Under the pieces are notes generated by a model that had not been told where the DNA came from, did no database searches, and saw only the letters and a list, made by a program, of their open reading frames with translations. Both the position numbers and the translations under genes were made by a program. Below, in pieces: positions 39,226 through 47,288 of a stretch of DNA of 64,000 bases. The stretch is from an uncultured Clostridia bacterium (GTDB taxonomy: Bacteria; Bacillota; Clostridia; Christensenellales; UBA1242). The stretch is from assembly GCA_934793215.1 (NCBI GenBank), contig CAKVOP010000001.1, positions 138,871 through 202,870 of the forward strand. Reading direction: 5' to 3'. How positions within the stretch are numbered: position 1 is the first letter of the stretch; each line of letters begins with the position of its first letter.

Positions 39226-39990
39226 ATGCAAAATAAGATCTATTTTAGAGAAGACAACGCTACTATAGTTTGCGATGATATGTTGACAACGAAAAAGATC
39301 AGACCAGAAAGCATAGATCTTATTGTCACTTCGCCACCATATAACTTAGATATAGATTACAAGTCACATGATGATAAACTTGAATATCAAGAATATCTTA
39401 AATTTACGAAAAGATGGTTAAAAAAATGTCTGTCTTTACTTAAAAGTGATGGTAGAATGTGCCTAAATATTCCACTTGATACAAATAAAGGTGGACATCG
39501 TAGTATTGGTGCGGATATTACAACTATTGCAAAAGAGGTTGGATGGAAATATCATTCTACCATAATATGGAATGAAGGTAATATATCAAAATCATCTGCT
39601 TGGGGATCTTGGTTGAGCGCATCTAGTCCTTATGTAATAGCTCCTGTAGAACTAATTGTAGTGTTGTATAAAGACAATTGGAAAAAGACTACTGGAAGTA
39701 AAATAAACGACATTACAAAGGAAGAGTTTGTTAAATGGACAAACGGAGTATGGACGTTTAAAGGTGAAAGCAAAAGAAAAATAGGACATCCTGCTCCATT
39801 CCCAGTAGAATTACCAAAAAGGTGTATAAAACTTTTCAGCTATAAAGGAGATAATATTTTAGATCCTTTTATGGGTAGCGGATCTACTGTAATTGCGGCC
39901 AAACTGTTGGGACGCAATGGTATTGGAATTGATAAAGAACTGCAATATTGTGAACTTGCAATGCACCGTGTATTAAAGGAGACAAAATGA
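39226..39990 (+). CDS. Beta-class amino DNA methyltransferase (N4-cytosine or N6-adenine; SPPY type suggests m4C)
   Basis: Motif IV DLIVTSPPYNL near the N-terminus and motif I DPFMGSGSTVIAA near the C-terminus (beta-class order). GGTGGAGG SD before the ATG at 39226. Confidence 0.88.
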   Translation: MQNKIYFREDNATIVCDDMLTTKKIRPESIDLIVTSPPYNLDIDYKSHDDKLEYQEYLKFTKRWLKKCLSLLKSDGRMCLNIPLDTNKGGHRSIGADITTIAKEVGWKYHSTIIWNEGNISKSSAWGSWLSASSPYVIAPVELIVVLYKDNWKKTTGSKINDITKEEFVKWTNGVWTFKGESKRKIGHPAPFPVELPKRCIKLFSYKGDNILDPFMGSGSTVIAAKLLGRNGIGIDKELQYCELAMHRVLKETK

Positions 39991-41327
39991 AAAAAAACAT
40001 AACATATATTGATCTATTCTCTGGACCTGGTGGATTATGCACAGGTTTTAAAAGCGAAGGTCTAGTTCCTAGAATCGCAGTGGATTTTAGTGAATTTACA
40101 GTGAAAACCTATGCCGCCTCTCACAGTGCAGAGATATATGAATTAGAAGATTTAATAAAAAACATTGGTCATCTAGAAAATATTTTATCTAAGACAGATA
40201 AAACATGCGTGATTCACGGAGATATAAACAATGTTTCCAACGAATTAATAAAAGAAATTTTGAACAAAAAATTTAATGAAGATTCAGTTGATATCGTTAC
40301 TGGCGGTGCTCCATGTGAAAGTTTCTCAATGGCTGGGAATCGATTAGAAGACGATAAAAGAAATGACTTATTCTCAAATATATTAAGAATTGGACATTGT
40401 GTGGATGCAAAGTTTGTCATGTTTGAAAATGTGCCAGGATTACTAACAAAAAAACGTAATGGTAAAGCTGGTGGTCAGATTGAATATGTCATAAATGAGT
40501 TTGAAAAAGACGATCCAACAACTCATAACCACTATAATTTGGCTAGTAAGGATAAAGAAGTATATAAATGTCTTGCATCAGATTATGGTACACCGCAAAA
40601 AAGAGAAAGATTGTTTATTGTTGGTTGTAACAGTAAATACAAGGAGAATACTTTTACATACCCAGAAAAAACACATGGTAAAGGCAGAAAATTTAGCAAC
40701 ATAACTGTAAAAGATGCATTCAGATATTTACCTATTATCCATAGCAATGATGGCGCTGAAGAAATGGTTTCTCAACCAAGCTACGAGGAAGACTATAGAA
40801 ATGGCAAAATTACAGAGGGGGCTTATCTCTATTACAAATTTATATATGGCGACGACTATTGCGAAAAACCAGGATTTGACAAACAAAAAACCACATATCA
40901 AAAGTCTCTAAACCATAGTAAAAAAATGATTAGACGCTTTGAGAATATCAAACAAGGTGAAGGCATGCAGTCAGCTGTTGATAGATTGATCTCTGAAGGT
41001 AAATCTGATGTCGTAAAAGAATGCTTTCCTAATAAGATATACAGTTCTCGAAATAGGCGTCTAAAAGAAAACGAACCAAGTTACACAGTGACATCGCATT
41101 GTCTAGATGAAATGGTTCATCCAACAGAAAACAGACAATTGACGCCAAGAGAGGTTGCAAGACTTCAAGGATTTCCGGATTGGTATACATTTGAAGGCCC
41201 TTACGTTAAATTCCATAGTGACCCACAGCAAGATAAATATGAACAAATTGGCGATGCAATTCCAGTAATTATGGCAAAAGCACTTGCAAAAAGTTTTGTT
41301 GAGGCGATAAAGAAATTAAAAAAATAG
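39987..41327 (+). CDS. DNA (cytosine-5)-methyltransferase
   Basis: Motif I DLFSGPGG, motif IV GGAPCESFS, motif VI ENV, motif VIII QKRER, and C-terminal TPREVARLQGFPD. The start overlaps the upstream stop (ATGA). Confidence 0.93.
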   Translation: MKKNITYIDLFSGPGGLCTGFKSEGLVPRIAVDFSEFTVKTYAASHSAEIYELEDLIKNIGHLENILSKTDKTCVIHGDINNVSNELIKEILNKKFNEDSVDIVTGGAPCESFSMAGNRLEDDKRNDLFSNILRIGHCVDAKFVMFENVPGLLTKKRNGKAGGQIEYVINEFEKDDPTTHNHYNLASKDKEVYKCLASDYGTPQKRERLFIVGCNSKYKENTFTYPEKTHGKGRKFSNITVKDAFRYLPIIHSNDGAEEMVSQPSYEEDYRNGKITEGAYLYYKFIYGDDYCEKPGFDKQKTTYQKSLNHSKKMIRRFENIKQGEGMQSAVDRLISEGKSDVVKECFPNKIYSSRNRRLKENEPSYTVTSHCLDEMVHPTENRQLTPREVARLQGFPDWYTFEGPYVKFHSDPQQDKYEQIGDAIPVIMAKALAKSFVEAIKKLKK

Positions 41328-41351
41328 GAGTTCTAATGAACTCCATTTTTT
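41327..41351. terminator. Bidirectional terminator between methyltransferase and endonuclease genes
   Basis: GGAGTTC-TAAT-GAACTCC followed by a T-run. Sits between convergent stop codons. Confidence 0.6.
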
Positions 41352-42126
41352 ATGCTTTAAACTGTATCTTTTTGCCTTTTGAACCAGTTGCATACGTCCA
41401 ACTTAAACCTGTTCCAAATCCACCTTTCTTTAAATTCCCGTGTTTATCATACATGATCGAATCAATATAACTTTCAATGTCATAAACTTTATAGGACTTC
41501 AAAGAATTGTCATTTTTATTAATATCGAATTTGACTATCATTGTTGGGATTCTAATGTCATTACTAACAACAGGAGAACCTGTGATGACCCATCTAACGA
41601 AATTTCTAGCAATCGGTTTTAACTTTTCTGTTAATATATCTTTTTCTTCTTTTGTGAAATTTTTTGCTGATGCATCTGTTTGGTGTTTTTTCAATAATCT
41701 AATTAATTCTGGATCGGTTATTCCTACTTCTTTAACTATTGTATCAACATCGAATTCTGCAAAAGCAACTTTCTTCGCTGTAGATTGTTTAACACTTATA
41801 GGGAATTTTTTGTCATCATTTAATGTCATAATAACATCGGTTTTAGATAATCCATGAGACATTCTTACAGGCACTGGGTCTGTTGCTGTAATCTTTTTAA
41901 CTACATTACGATCTATATTATAATCGTTCAAAATGTCCGAGAATAAAACATATTCCCAGTCTTTGATATGTTTAGATGCTCTATATGCTGAGATGTAATC
42001 TACATTTTCAAGTGTATTAACGACAAATTTTTCATAAACGTCACCCAACTTATCTTGTAAAACACCAAAAGATAAATTGGCTATATTATATTCTTTATAT
42101 AAGTTATCTAAAACTAATGACTTCAT
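41350..42126 (-). CDS. Type II restriction endonuclease, MspI-like (tentative)
   Basis: Convergent with the two MTase genes. 258 aa. From memory of R.MspI (~262 aa), the segments HQTDASAKNFTKEEK..L.E.L.P....F.RW and the C-terminus GFGTGLSWTYATGSKGKKIQFKA closely resemble it. AGGAG SD favours the ATG at 42126. Confidence 0.6.
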   Translation of the reverse strand: MKSLVLDNLYKEYNIANLSFGVLQDKLGDVYEKFVVNTLENVDYISAYRASKHIKDWEYVLFSDILNDYNIDRNVVKKITATDPVPVRMSHGLSKTDVIMTLNDDKKFPISVKQSTAKKVAFAEFDVDTIVKEVGITDPELIRLLKKHQTDASAKNFTKEEKDILTEKLKPIARNFVRWVITGSPVVSNDIRIPTMIVKFDINKNDNSLKSYKVYDIESYIDSIMYDKHGNLKKGGFGTGLSWTYATGSKGKKIQFKA

Positions 42127-42228
42127 ATGCATTTCTCCTACATATGAAGTATATCAAACTAAATTAAAAAAGTCTATTAAATGATTAAAAGGAATAACAA
42201 AATCAAGGAAATATGGTATAATGAAAAT

Positions 42229-42570
42229 ATGAAAGCGTTGATTATTAAGAAGCCTTGGATTGATTACATCCTTGACGGCAAGAAAATTTGGGAAATTCGT
42301 GGTAGTAATACTCGAATTCGTGGAGAAATTGAGTTAATACAAGATGGCAGTGGTTTAGTGGTCGGCAAATGTGTGTTAGTAGACTGTATAGAATTATCGT
42401 TGAACGATTATCAAAACAATAAAAATAATCACTGTATTGCCAGCACAGAAAAGATGCCATATAAAAGGACTTTCGCGTGGATAATTAAAAATGCACAAAG
42501 ATACCCTACACCAAGAAAATATAAGCATCCAACAGGCGCGGTTATTTGGGTCAACTTAGAGAACGGATAA
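42229..42570 (+). CDS. ASCH (PUA-like) domain protein
   Basis: MKALIIKKPWIDYILDGKKIWEIRG... is a typical ASCH N-terminus. TGGTATAAT -10 (42215-42222) ends 6 nt before this ATG, suggesting a leaderless mRNA. The ORF-track start at 42181 lacks an SD. Confidence 0.7.
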   Translation: MKALIIKKPWIDYILDGKKIWEIRGSNTRIRGEIELIQDGSGLVVGKCVLVDCIELSLNDYQNNKNNHCIASTEKMPYKRTFAWIIKNAQRYPTPRKYKHPTGAVIWVNLENG

Positions 42571-42585
42571 ATTCCGTTCTTTTTT
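42560..42585 (+). terminator. Terminator (copy 1 of a near-identical pair flanking hamAB)
   Basis: AGAACGGA-TAAAT-TCCGTTCT followed by TTTTT. The ASCH stop codon lies in the loop. Confidence 0.8.
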
Positions 42586-42654
42586 GTTAAATTTAGAAAA
42601 AACATATTAAAGTTATTGAAATTTATGTTATAATAAAAGTGAGTTGGAGGCAAG

Positions 42655-43593
42655 ATGGCTTTTGTAGATACGTATAAACAGATAATGAGAAATGGATATG
42701 ATAAGATAGTGTATTCCTATGACAAGTCTGTGGGGAAATATGAATACATACCATTTTCTCATGCGAATATTGATACTTGGAAAGAAGATTTTGTTGAAGT
42801 ACTAATAAATAATCTTCTTAATTATTGTTATGAACCAAACGAATTGGAAGCCATATATAATCCAAATGTTCCAGAACTGAGGAAATATATTAACAAGGCC
42901 ATAAAAGATAGACTAAATCACAAGACTACTCAAGAACAAAAAGATGGTTTGTGTGGAGAGTTGTTAATAGATTTAATATTAAGGATGGAAAATGAAAATA
43001 ACAATATGCTTATTTGTAGGCCAAAGTATCAACAACTGGGAGCAAAAGCAGAATTAAAAAATTATGATGTTTTAATGTTTAGAGAGATTGACGATAACAT
43101 TACACTTATTTTAGGGCAAGTCAAAACTGGTGGGTTTGATTATTGTACGAAAAATATGAAGACAGATCTAGACACAAAATATGATGAAACATATTTTGGT
43201 AATGCAATTTGTTATGTTGCAGATAGAAGAATATCAGATTGCCCCAATAGAGCATTACTAAATATTATATCAGACTTAAATGCCATTGCTTTAGGAACAG
43301 ATGATACAGATATACGCAATAATAAAATTTGCGAATATGTAAAGGGAAATAATATTAAAATTGAAATCCCATGTTTACTGCTATATGGAAAAGATACAGT
43401 ATACGCTGATATAAACAAGATAAAAGAAAATATTAATACTGAAGTAAAACTAGTAAAAAACTTTTTTGATAGTTTATCATTTAATATATACGATTTTAAT
43501 TTTACTATATCGTTTTATATCTTTCCTGCTAAGAGTATAACTGAATTAAGAGAAAGTATCATGGATTATAAAGTGGAGGTGCTAAATGGATAA
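42655..43593 (+). CDS. hamA: Hachiman HamA (DUF1837-like, PD-(D/E)xK-type nuclease)
   Basis: 312 aa immediately upstream of, and overlapping, a Ski2-like helicase gene. Motif series GELLIDLIL ... YDVLMF ... LGQVKTG is consistent with E...D...QxK. The domain call is not search-verified. Confidence 0.65.
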   Translation: MAFVDTYKQIMRNGYDKIVYSYDKSVGKYEYIPFSHANIDTWKEDFVEVLINNLLNYCYEPNELEAIYNPNVPELRKYINKAIKDRLNHKTTQEQKDGLCGELLIDLILRMENENNNMLICRPKYQQLGAKAELKNYDVLMFREIDDNITLILGQVKTGGFDYCTKNMKTDLDTKYDETYFGNAICYVADRRISDCPNRALLNIISDLNAIALGTDDTDIRNNKICEYVKGNNIKIEIPCLLLYGKDTVYADINKIKENINTEVKLVKNFFDSLSFNIYDFNFTISFYIFPAKSITELRESIMDYKVEVLNG

Positions 43594-46003
43594 ATATATA
43601 GTACGAAACTTTATTGAAGCAATAAATAATTTTGATGGCACAGACAATGCTAGAGAAATACTAAAAGACCATGTATGCTTTATTTCAGAGCATAAAAATG
43701 AATTATATGATATTTATCCTATTGACGAATTATTGCATATTGCATCGCAGAAACTTAAAGTTTTTGGGTATGACGAAATGAACAATATTAAACATATTGA
43801 AACGTCTGATACCTCTAGTATAGTTGACACTGCAATCAAAAATTATCATCGTTCTGCCACAAGTACTGAAGACGAAAACATCATATTAGATGGATTACAA
43901 AAGAATATAATAGATGCTTATCAGAAATTAGATAATCGAAGAATTATGGTCTCTGCCCCCACATCGTTTGGTAAATCGTATTTATTGCAAGAAATTCTTT
44001 TAAATAATGCTCAAGAATATGAGAATGTTATGATTATATTGCCAACGATTGCGTTGTTAAATGAGAATGTAAATAAATATCAAGAATTAATAAAAAAAGG
44101 AAAAATAAAATATAACATTGTTTCAACAAATTATGAAGACCTAGACCTTTGCGCAAGAAACCTTTTGATATTTACACCAGAGAGAGCGTTAAAATTCTTG
44201 GGCAAATTTGATTTGAAAATTAACTTCTTCTTTTTTGATGAAGTTTATAAAATTGAAGAGAGATTGGATATCACAAAAGATACACAATCTGGAGAAGATG
44301 TAATTAGCGGGAATGATAAAAGAGCTTCTGCTTTTAGAATATGCTTATATCTGCTTGCAAAAACAGTAAAAGACTATTATATTGCTGGGCCATACTTAGA
44401 TTTGGGAAACAAAAAATGCATCGGCCTAAAAAAATTTTTAACAAACAATCGAGTTAAAATATTCCAAGTTAAATTTGATCCAACATTAAGGATAACTTAT
44501 GATGCGTGGAAAATTGTTGATATAACAGAAAATAATTCAATAATCCCAGAAGCTATATCTTATAAAACAAGATTGGAACAACAAAATCAAGTTGGAAAGT
44601 TAACTCGAATTAAAAAATTTATTGATGAACACAATTTAGGCAAAACTATAGTTTACTTAAATTATCCTTCTAAAATAGTTGATGTCCTAAAATCGTGCGA
44701 TATATTTGATACCCAACCAATTAAAAACAAAGAATTAGAAGAGTTCATTGCTCACTTAAAAACAAAATATAATGTAAATATGTATGGAATCTCTAGTGTA
44801 GAATATTGGACATTAATTAAATGCTTAGAATTTGGCATTGGAATACATCATGGCAAAATGCCAAAGTATATACAAAATGAAATTTTAAGACAATTTAATA
44901 AGCCAGATGGTTTGAATTATTTGTTTTGCACTTCTACCATTATAGAAGGTGTCAATACAGTTGCTAGAAATGTTGTAATGTTATCAAATAGTTATGGTTC
45001 TGGAGACATAAAAAAATTTGCATTTAAAAATATTAAAGGGCGCGCTGGAAGATATTATAGTAATTTTATTGGGAATTTGTTTTATTGTGATGCTGAACAA
45101 AAGAAACTTGATGATTCAGAATATATGCATCTTGAGTTTTTAAATTATGGAGACAGTCCTCTACTTACTATCGACTTGGACAATACAGAAAAGGAAGACT
45201 TGTCTCAAAATAATAATGCAGAAAAAGTAAAAAGAGAAAATAGATACAATAAAAATTTATTACCAGACGATGTTTTCTATCAAAATAGATTGTTTGATAG
45301 ACTAGACCAAGAAAAAATATTATTAAAGATATTAAATGAATCTAATTTCGATAGATTGTATGAACTTACTCAAAAAGTTATAGGGCATGGATTAAGTTTT
45401 TTATCTTTAGTAAAAGAAGTATTAGATCTAGAAGAAGATCTTCTTCTTGGTGCATCGGTTAAAAATCAGCCAGAGGATAAACAAAAAGAAATTTTAGCGA
45501 AATATAAATATAAGTTATATTGGATTTTAAAGGAATATGAACGAGAAGGTTTTATAGGTCTGCTAAAATATCAAATGAGCAAAGCAAAGTTCAAAGATGA
45601 ACTAAAACAAGAAATGGATGATAAGTATAATTTGGTCTTTGAGCAAATTAGGACAACTATAGAATATGATATTCCTAAATATTTAAGTTTATATCAATCA
45701 TTATTTAACCATGCATGTAAGTTAAAAAACAAAGTTTTTGGGAATGGCGACTTAGATGATGTTATAAAATTCTATGAGATTGGTGCATCAAATGATTTTG
45801 GAAGGCTTCTTATAGAAAGAGGGTTCCCAAGTGAATCTGCAAAAATAATTGAATCCGAATTAAGAAAGACAAGAATTGATTTCTTAAACAATTATAAAGT
45901 TATTGAATATATAGACAAAAATCCAGATGTAATTTCTCGACTTGACAATTATGAAAAAAAGTTATATTCAAGGATAATCGATCTATATCGAAAAGAAATG
46001 TAA
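43586..46003 (+). CDS. hamB: Hachiman HamB (SF2 DExH-type helicase)
   Basis: Walker A VSAPTSFGKSY, motif II FFFDEVYK, motif V/VI FCTSTIIEGVNT and NIKGRAGR. 805 aa. 8-nt overlap with hamA. Confidence 0.75.
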   Translation: MDKYIVRNFIEAINNFDGTDNAREILKDHVCFISEHKNELYDIYPIDELLHIASQKLKVFGYDEMNNIKHIETSDTSSIVDTAIKNYHRSATSTEDENIILDGLQKNIIDAYQKLDNRRIMVSAPTSFGKSYLLQEILLNNAQEYENVMIILPTIALLNENVNKYQELIKKGKIKYNIVSTNYEDLDLCARNLLIFTPERALKFLGKFDLKINFFFFDEVYKIEERLDITKDTQSGEDVISGNDKRASAFRICLYLLAKTVKDYYIAGPYLDLGNKKCIGLKKFLTNNRVKIFQVKFDPTLRITYDAWKIVDITENNSIIPEAISYKTRLEQQNQVGKLTRIKKFIDEHNLGKTIVYLNYPSKIVDVLKSCDIFDTQPIKNKELEEFIAHLKTKYNVNMYGISSVEYWTLIKCLEFGIGIHHGKMPKYIQNEILRQFNKPDGLNYLFCTSTIIEGVNTVARNVVMLSNSYGSGDIKKFAFKNIKGRAGRYYSNFIGNLFYCDAEQKKLDDSEYMHLEFLNYGDSPLLTIDLDNTEKEDLSQNNNAEKVKRENRYNKNLLPDDVFYQNRLFDRLDQEKILLKILNESNFDRLYELTQKVIGHGLSFLSLVKEVLDLEEDLLLGASVKNQPEDKQKEILAKYKYKLYWILKEYEREGFIGLLKYQMSKAKFKDELKQEMDDKYNLVFEQIRTTIEYDIPKYLSLYQSLFNHACKLKNKVFGNGDLDDVIKFYEIGASNDFGRLLIERGFPSESAKIIESELRKTRIDFLNNYKVIEYIDKNPDVISRLDNYEKKLYSRIIDLYRKEM

Positions 46004-46009
46004 TTATTA

Positions 46010-46035
46010 AGAACGGATACTTTCCGTTCTTTTTT
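46010..46035 (+). terminator. Terminator (copy 2 of the near-identical pair)
   Basis: AGAACGGA-TACTT-TCCGTTCT followed by TTTTT. Confidence 0.8.
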
Positions 46036-46103
46036 ATAAAATTATTTTTTATTTTACACGATTTGATGTTTGGTGTGCTATAATACTCTCATAGGAGCGG
46101 ATT

Positions 46104-46970
46104 ATGAAAGAAAAGATTACATATTCTCATTTGGAAGAAGATCTAGAAGAAAATGAAATAGAAGAAGAAAGAAAAAGACTAGAACAAGAAAAGGACTTTC
46201 TACAAATGGTTATCCATGATAATGTAACGAACAGTCCAGGATATAAAAGAATTGTGGAAATTTCAAATATTCTTAATGTCAAAATGATTGCAATGTCAAA
46301 GGAAGAACAAAAACAAGAAATTAATGAGTCATCAAAGCAGATAACTGAAAGAGAATTTGATGAAATTGCGAAATCTTATAATGACGAGAAAAAATATGTC
46401 CAACTGTTAAAAGGTTACAAGGGTTATGACAATGAATGGAAATTATATACAAGAACAAATGTTGACTGCTTCAACTACTATTTTCACAAAGCAAAATTTA
46501 TTATAAGATCTTATTATGAAGATTATCAATATTGTATGAATTTACAATTTAAGTATAACACGAGATTTTTAGATTCAAATATGAAAAAACATTATGATAT
46601 GGTCAAAAGCAACCGAAAAATATCTTCAATGTCACAAGAAGAATTTGAATTTAGATTAGAGTATGTTCGTTTACTGAATAATGCATACAATATCCCAGAG
46701 TTGGCTGAATTTACAGAATTAATACACATGCATGGATTTTGTGGACTTTCTGAAGATAAATTGGCAGATTATAAAGGCATTAATATTGGCAGTGCTGAGA
46801 ATGATTTGAAAAAGTTGTATAAGGCATTGGCTCATGTATTACAAGATAGAGATAAAAACTACATCACTGGTAAAGCATTCTTTGAAAGAAGAGATAAATG
46901 TAATATTAATTTAGACGTGAAAGACAAATTAATTGAATTAGGTAAACTGATAGAAATTTATAAAAATTAA
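46104..46970 (+). CDS. Hypothetical protein with acidic coiled-coil N-terminus and possible C-terminal HTH
   Basis: TGCTATAAT -10 and GGAG SD. The segment LSEDKLADYKGINIGSAENDLKKLYKAL resembles a sigma region-4/HTH unit. Weak evidence. Confidence 0.5.
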   Translation: MKEKITYSHLEEDLEENEIEEERKRLEQEKDFLQMVIHDNVTNSPGYKRIVEISNILNVKMIAMSKEEQKQEINESSKQITEREFDEIAKSYNDEKKYVQLLKGYKGYDNEWKLYTRTNVDCFNYYFHKAKFIIRSYYEDYQYCMNLQFKYNTRFLDSNMKKHYDMVKSNRKISSMSQEEFEFRLEYVRLLNNAYNIPELAEFTELIHMHGFCGLSEDKLADYKGINIGSAENDLKKLYKALAHVLQDRDKNYITGKAFFERRDKCNINLDVKDKLIELGKLIEIYKN

Positions 46971-47097
46971 CTGATAGGACTTGTTCCTATCTTTTTTATG
47001 GCGAATTTATGGTAAATAAGCATTTTCCTGATTTATGAGGGGTAATATCATAAAAAACATATGATATTAGACCTTAATATAAAGAAGGAGGTGCAAT

Positions 47098-47280
47098 ATG
47101 GAACAGCAAGAAAAAATGTGTATTTCAATACAAGAAATGGCTCAGTTGCTTGGAATTGGAATATCATCTGCCTACAAACTTGCAAACGATAAACAGTTTT
47201 ATCCTGCAAAACGTGTTTGTGGAAGAATCGTAATTCACTACGATTTGCTTGAAAAGTGGATAAAAGAACAAAATAACTAG
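47098..47280 (+). CDS. Excisionase/AlpA-type helix-turn-helix DNA-binding protein
   Basis: 60 aa. ISIQEMAQLLGIGISSAYKLANDKQFYPAKRVCGRIVIHYDLLEKWI fits the MerR-like excisionase HTH pattern. AAGGAGG SD. Confidence 0.7.
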   Translation: MEQQEKMCISIQEMAQLLGIGISSAYKLANDKQFYPAKRVCGRIVIHYDLLEKWIKEQNN

Positions 47281-47288
47281 GAGCGATT

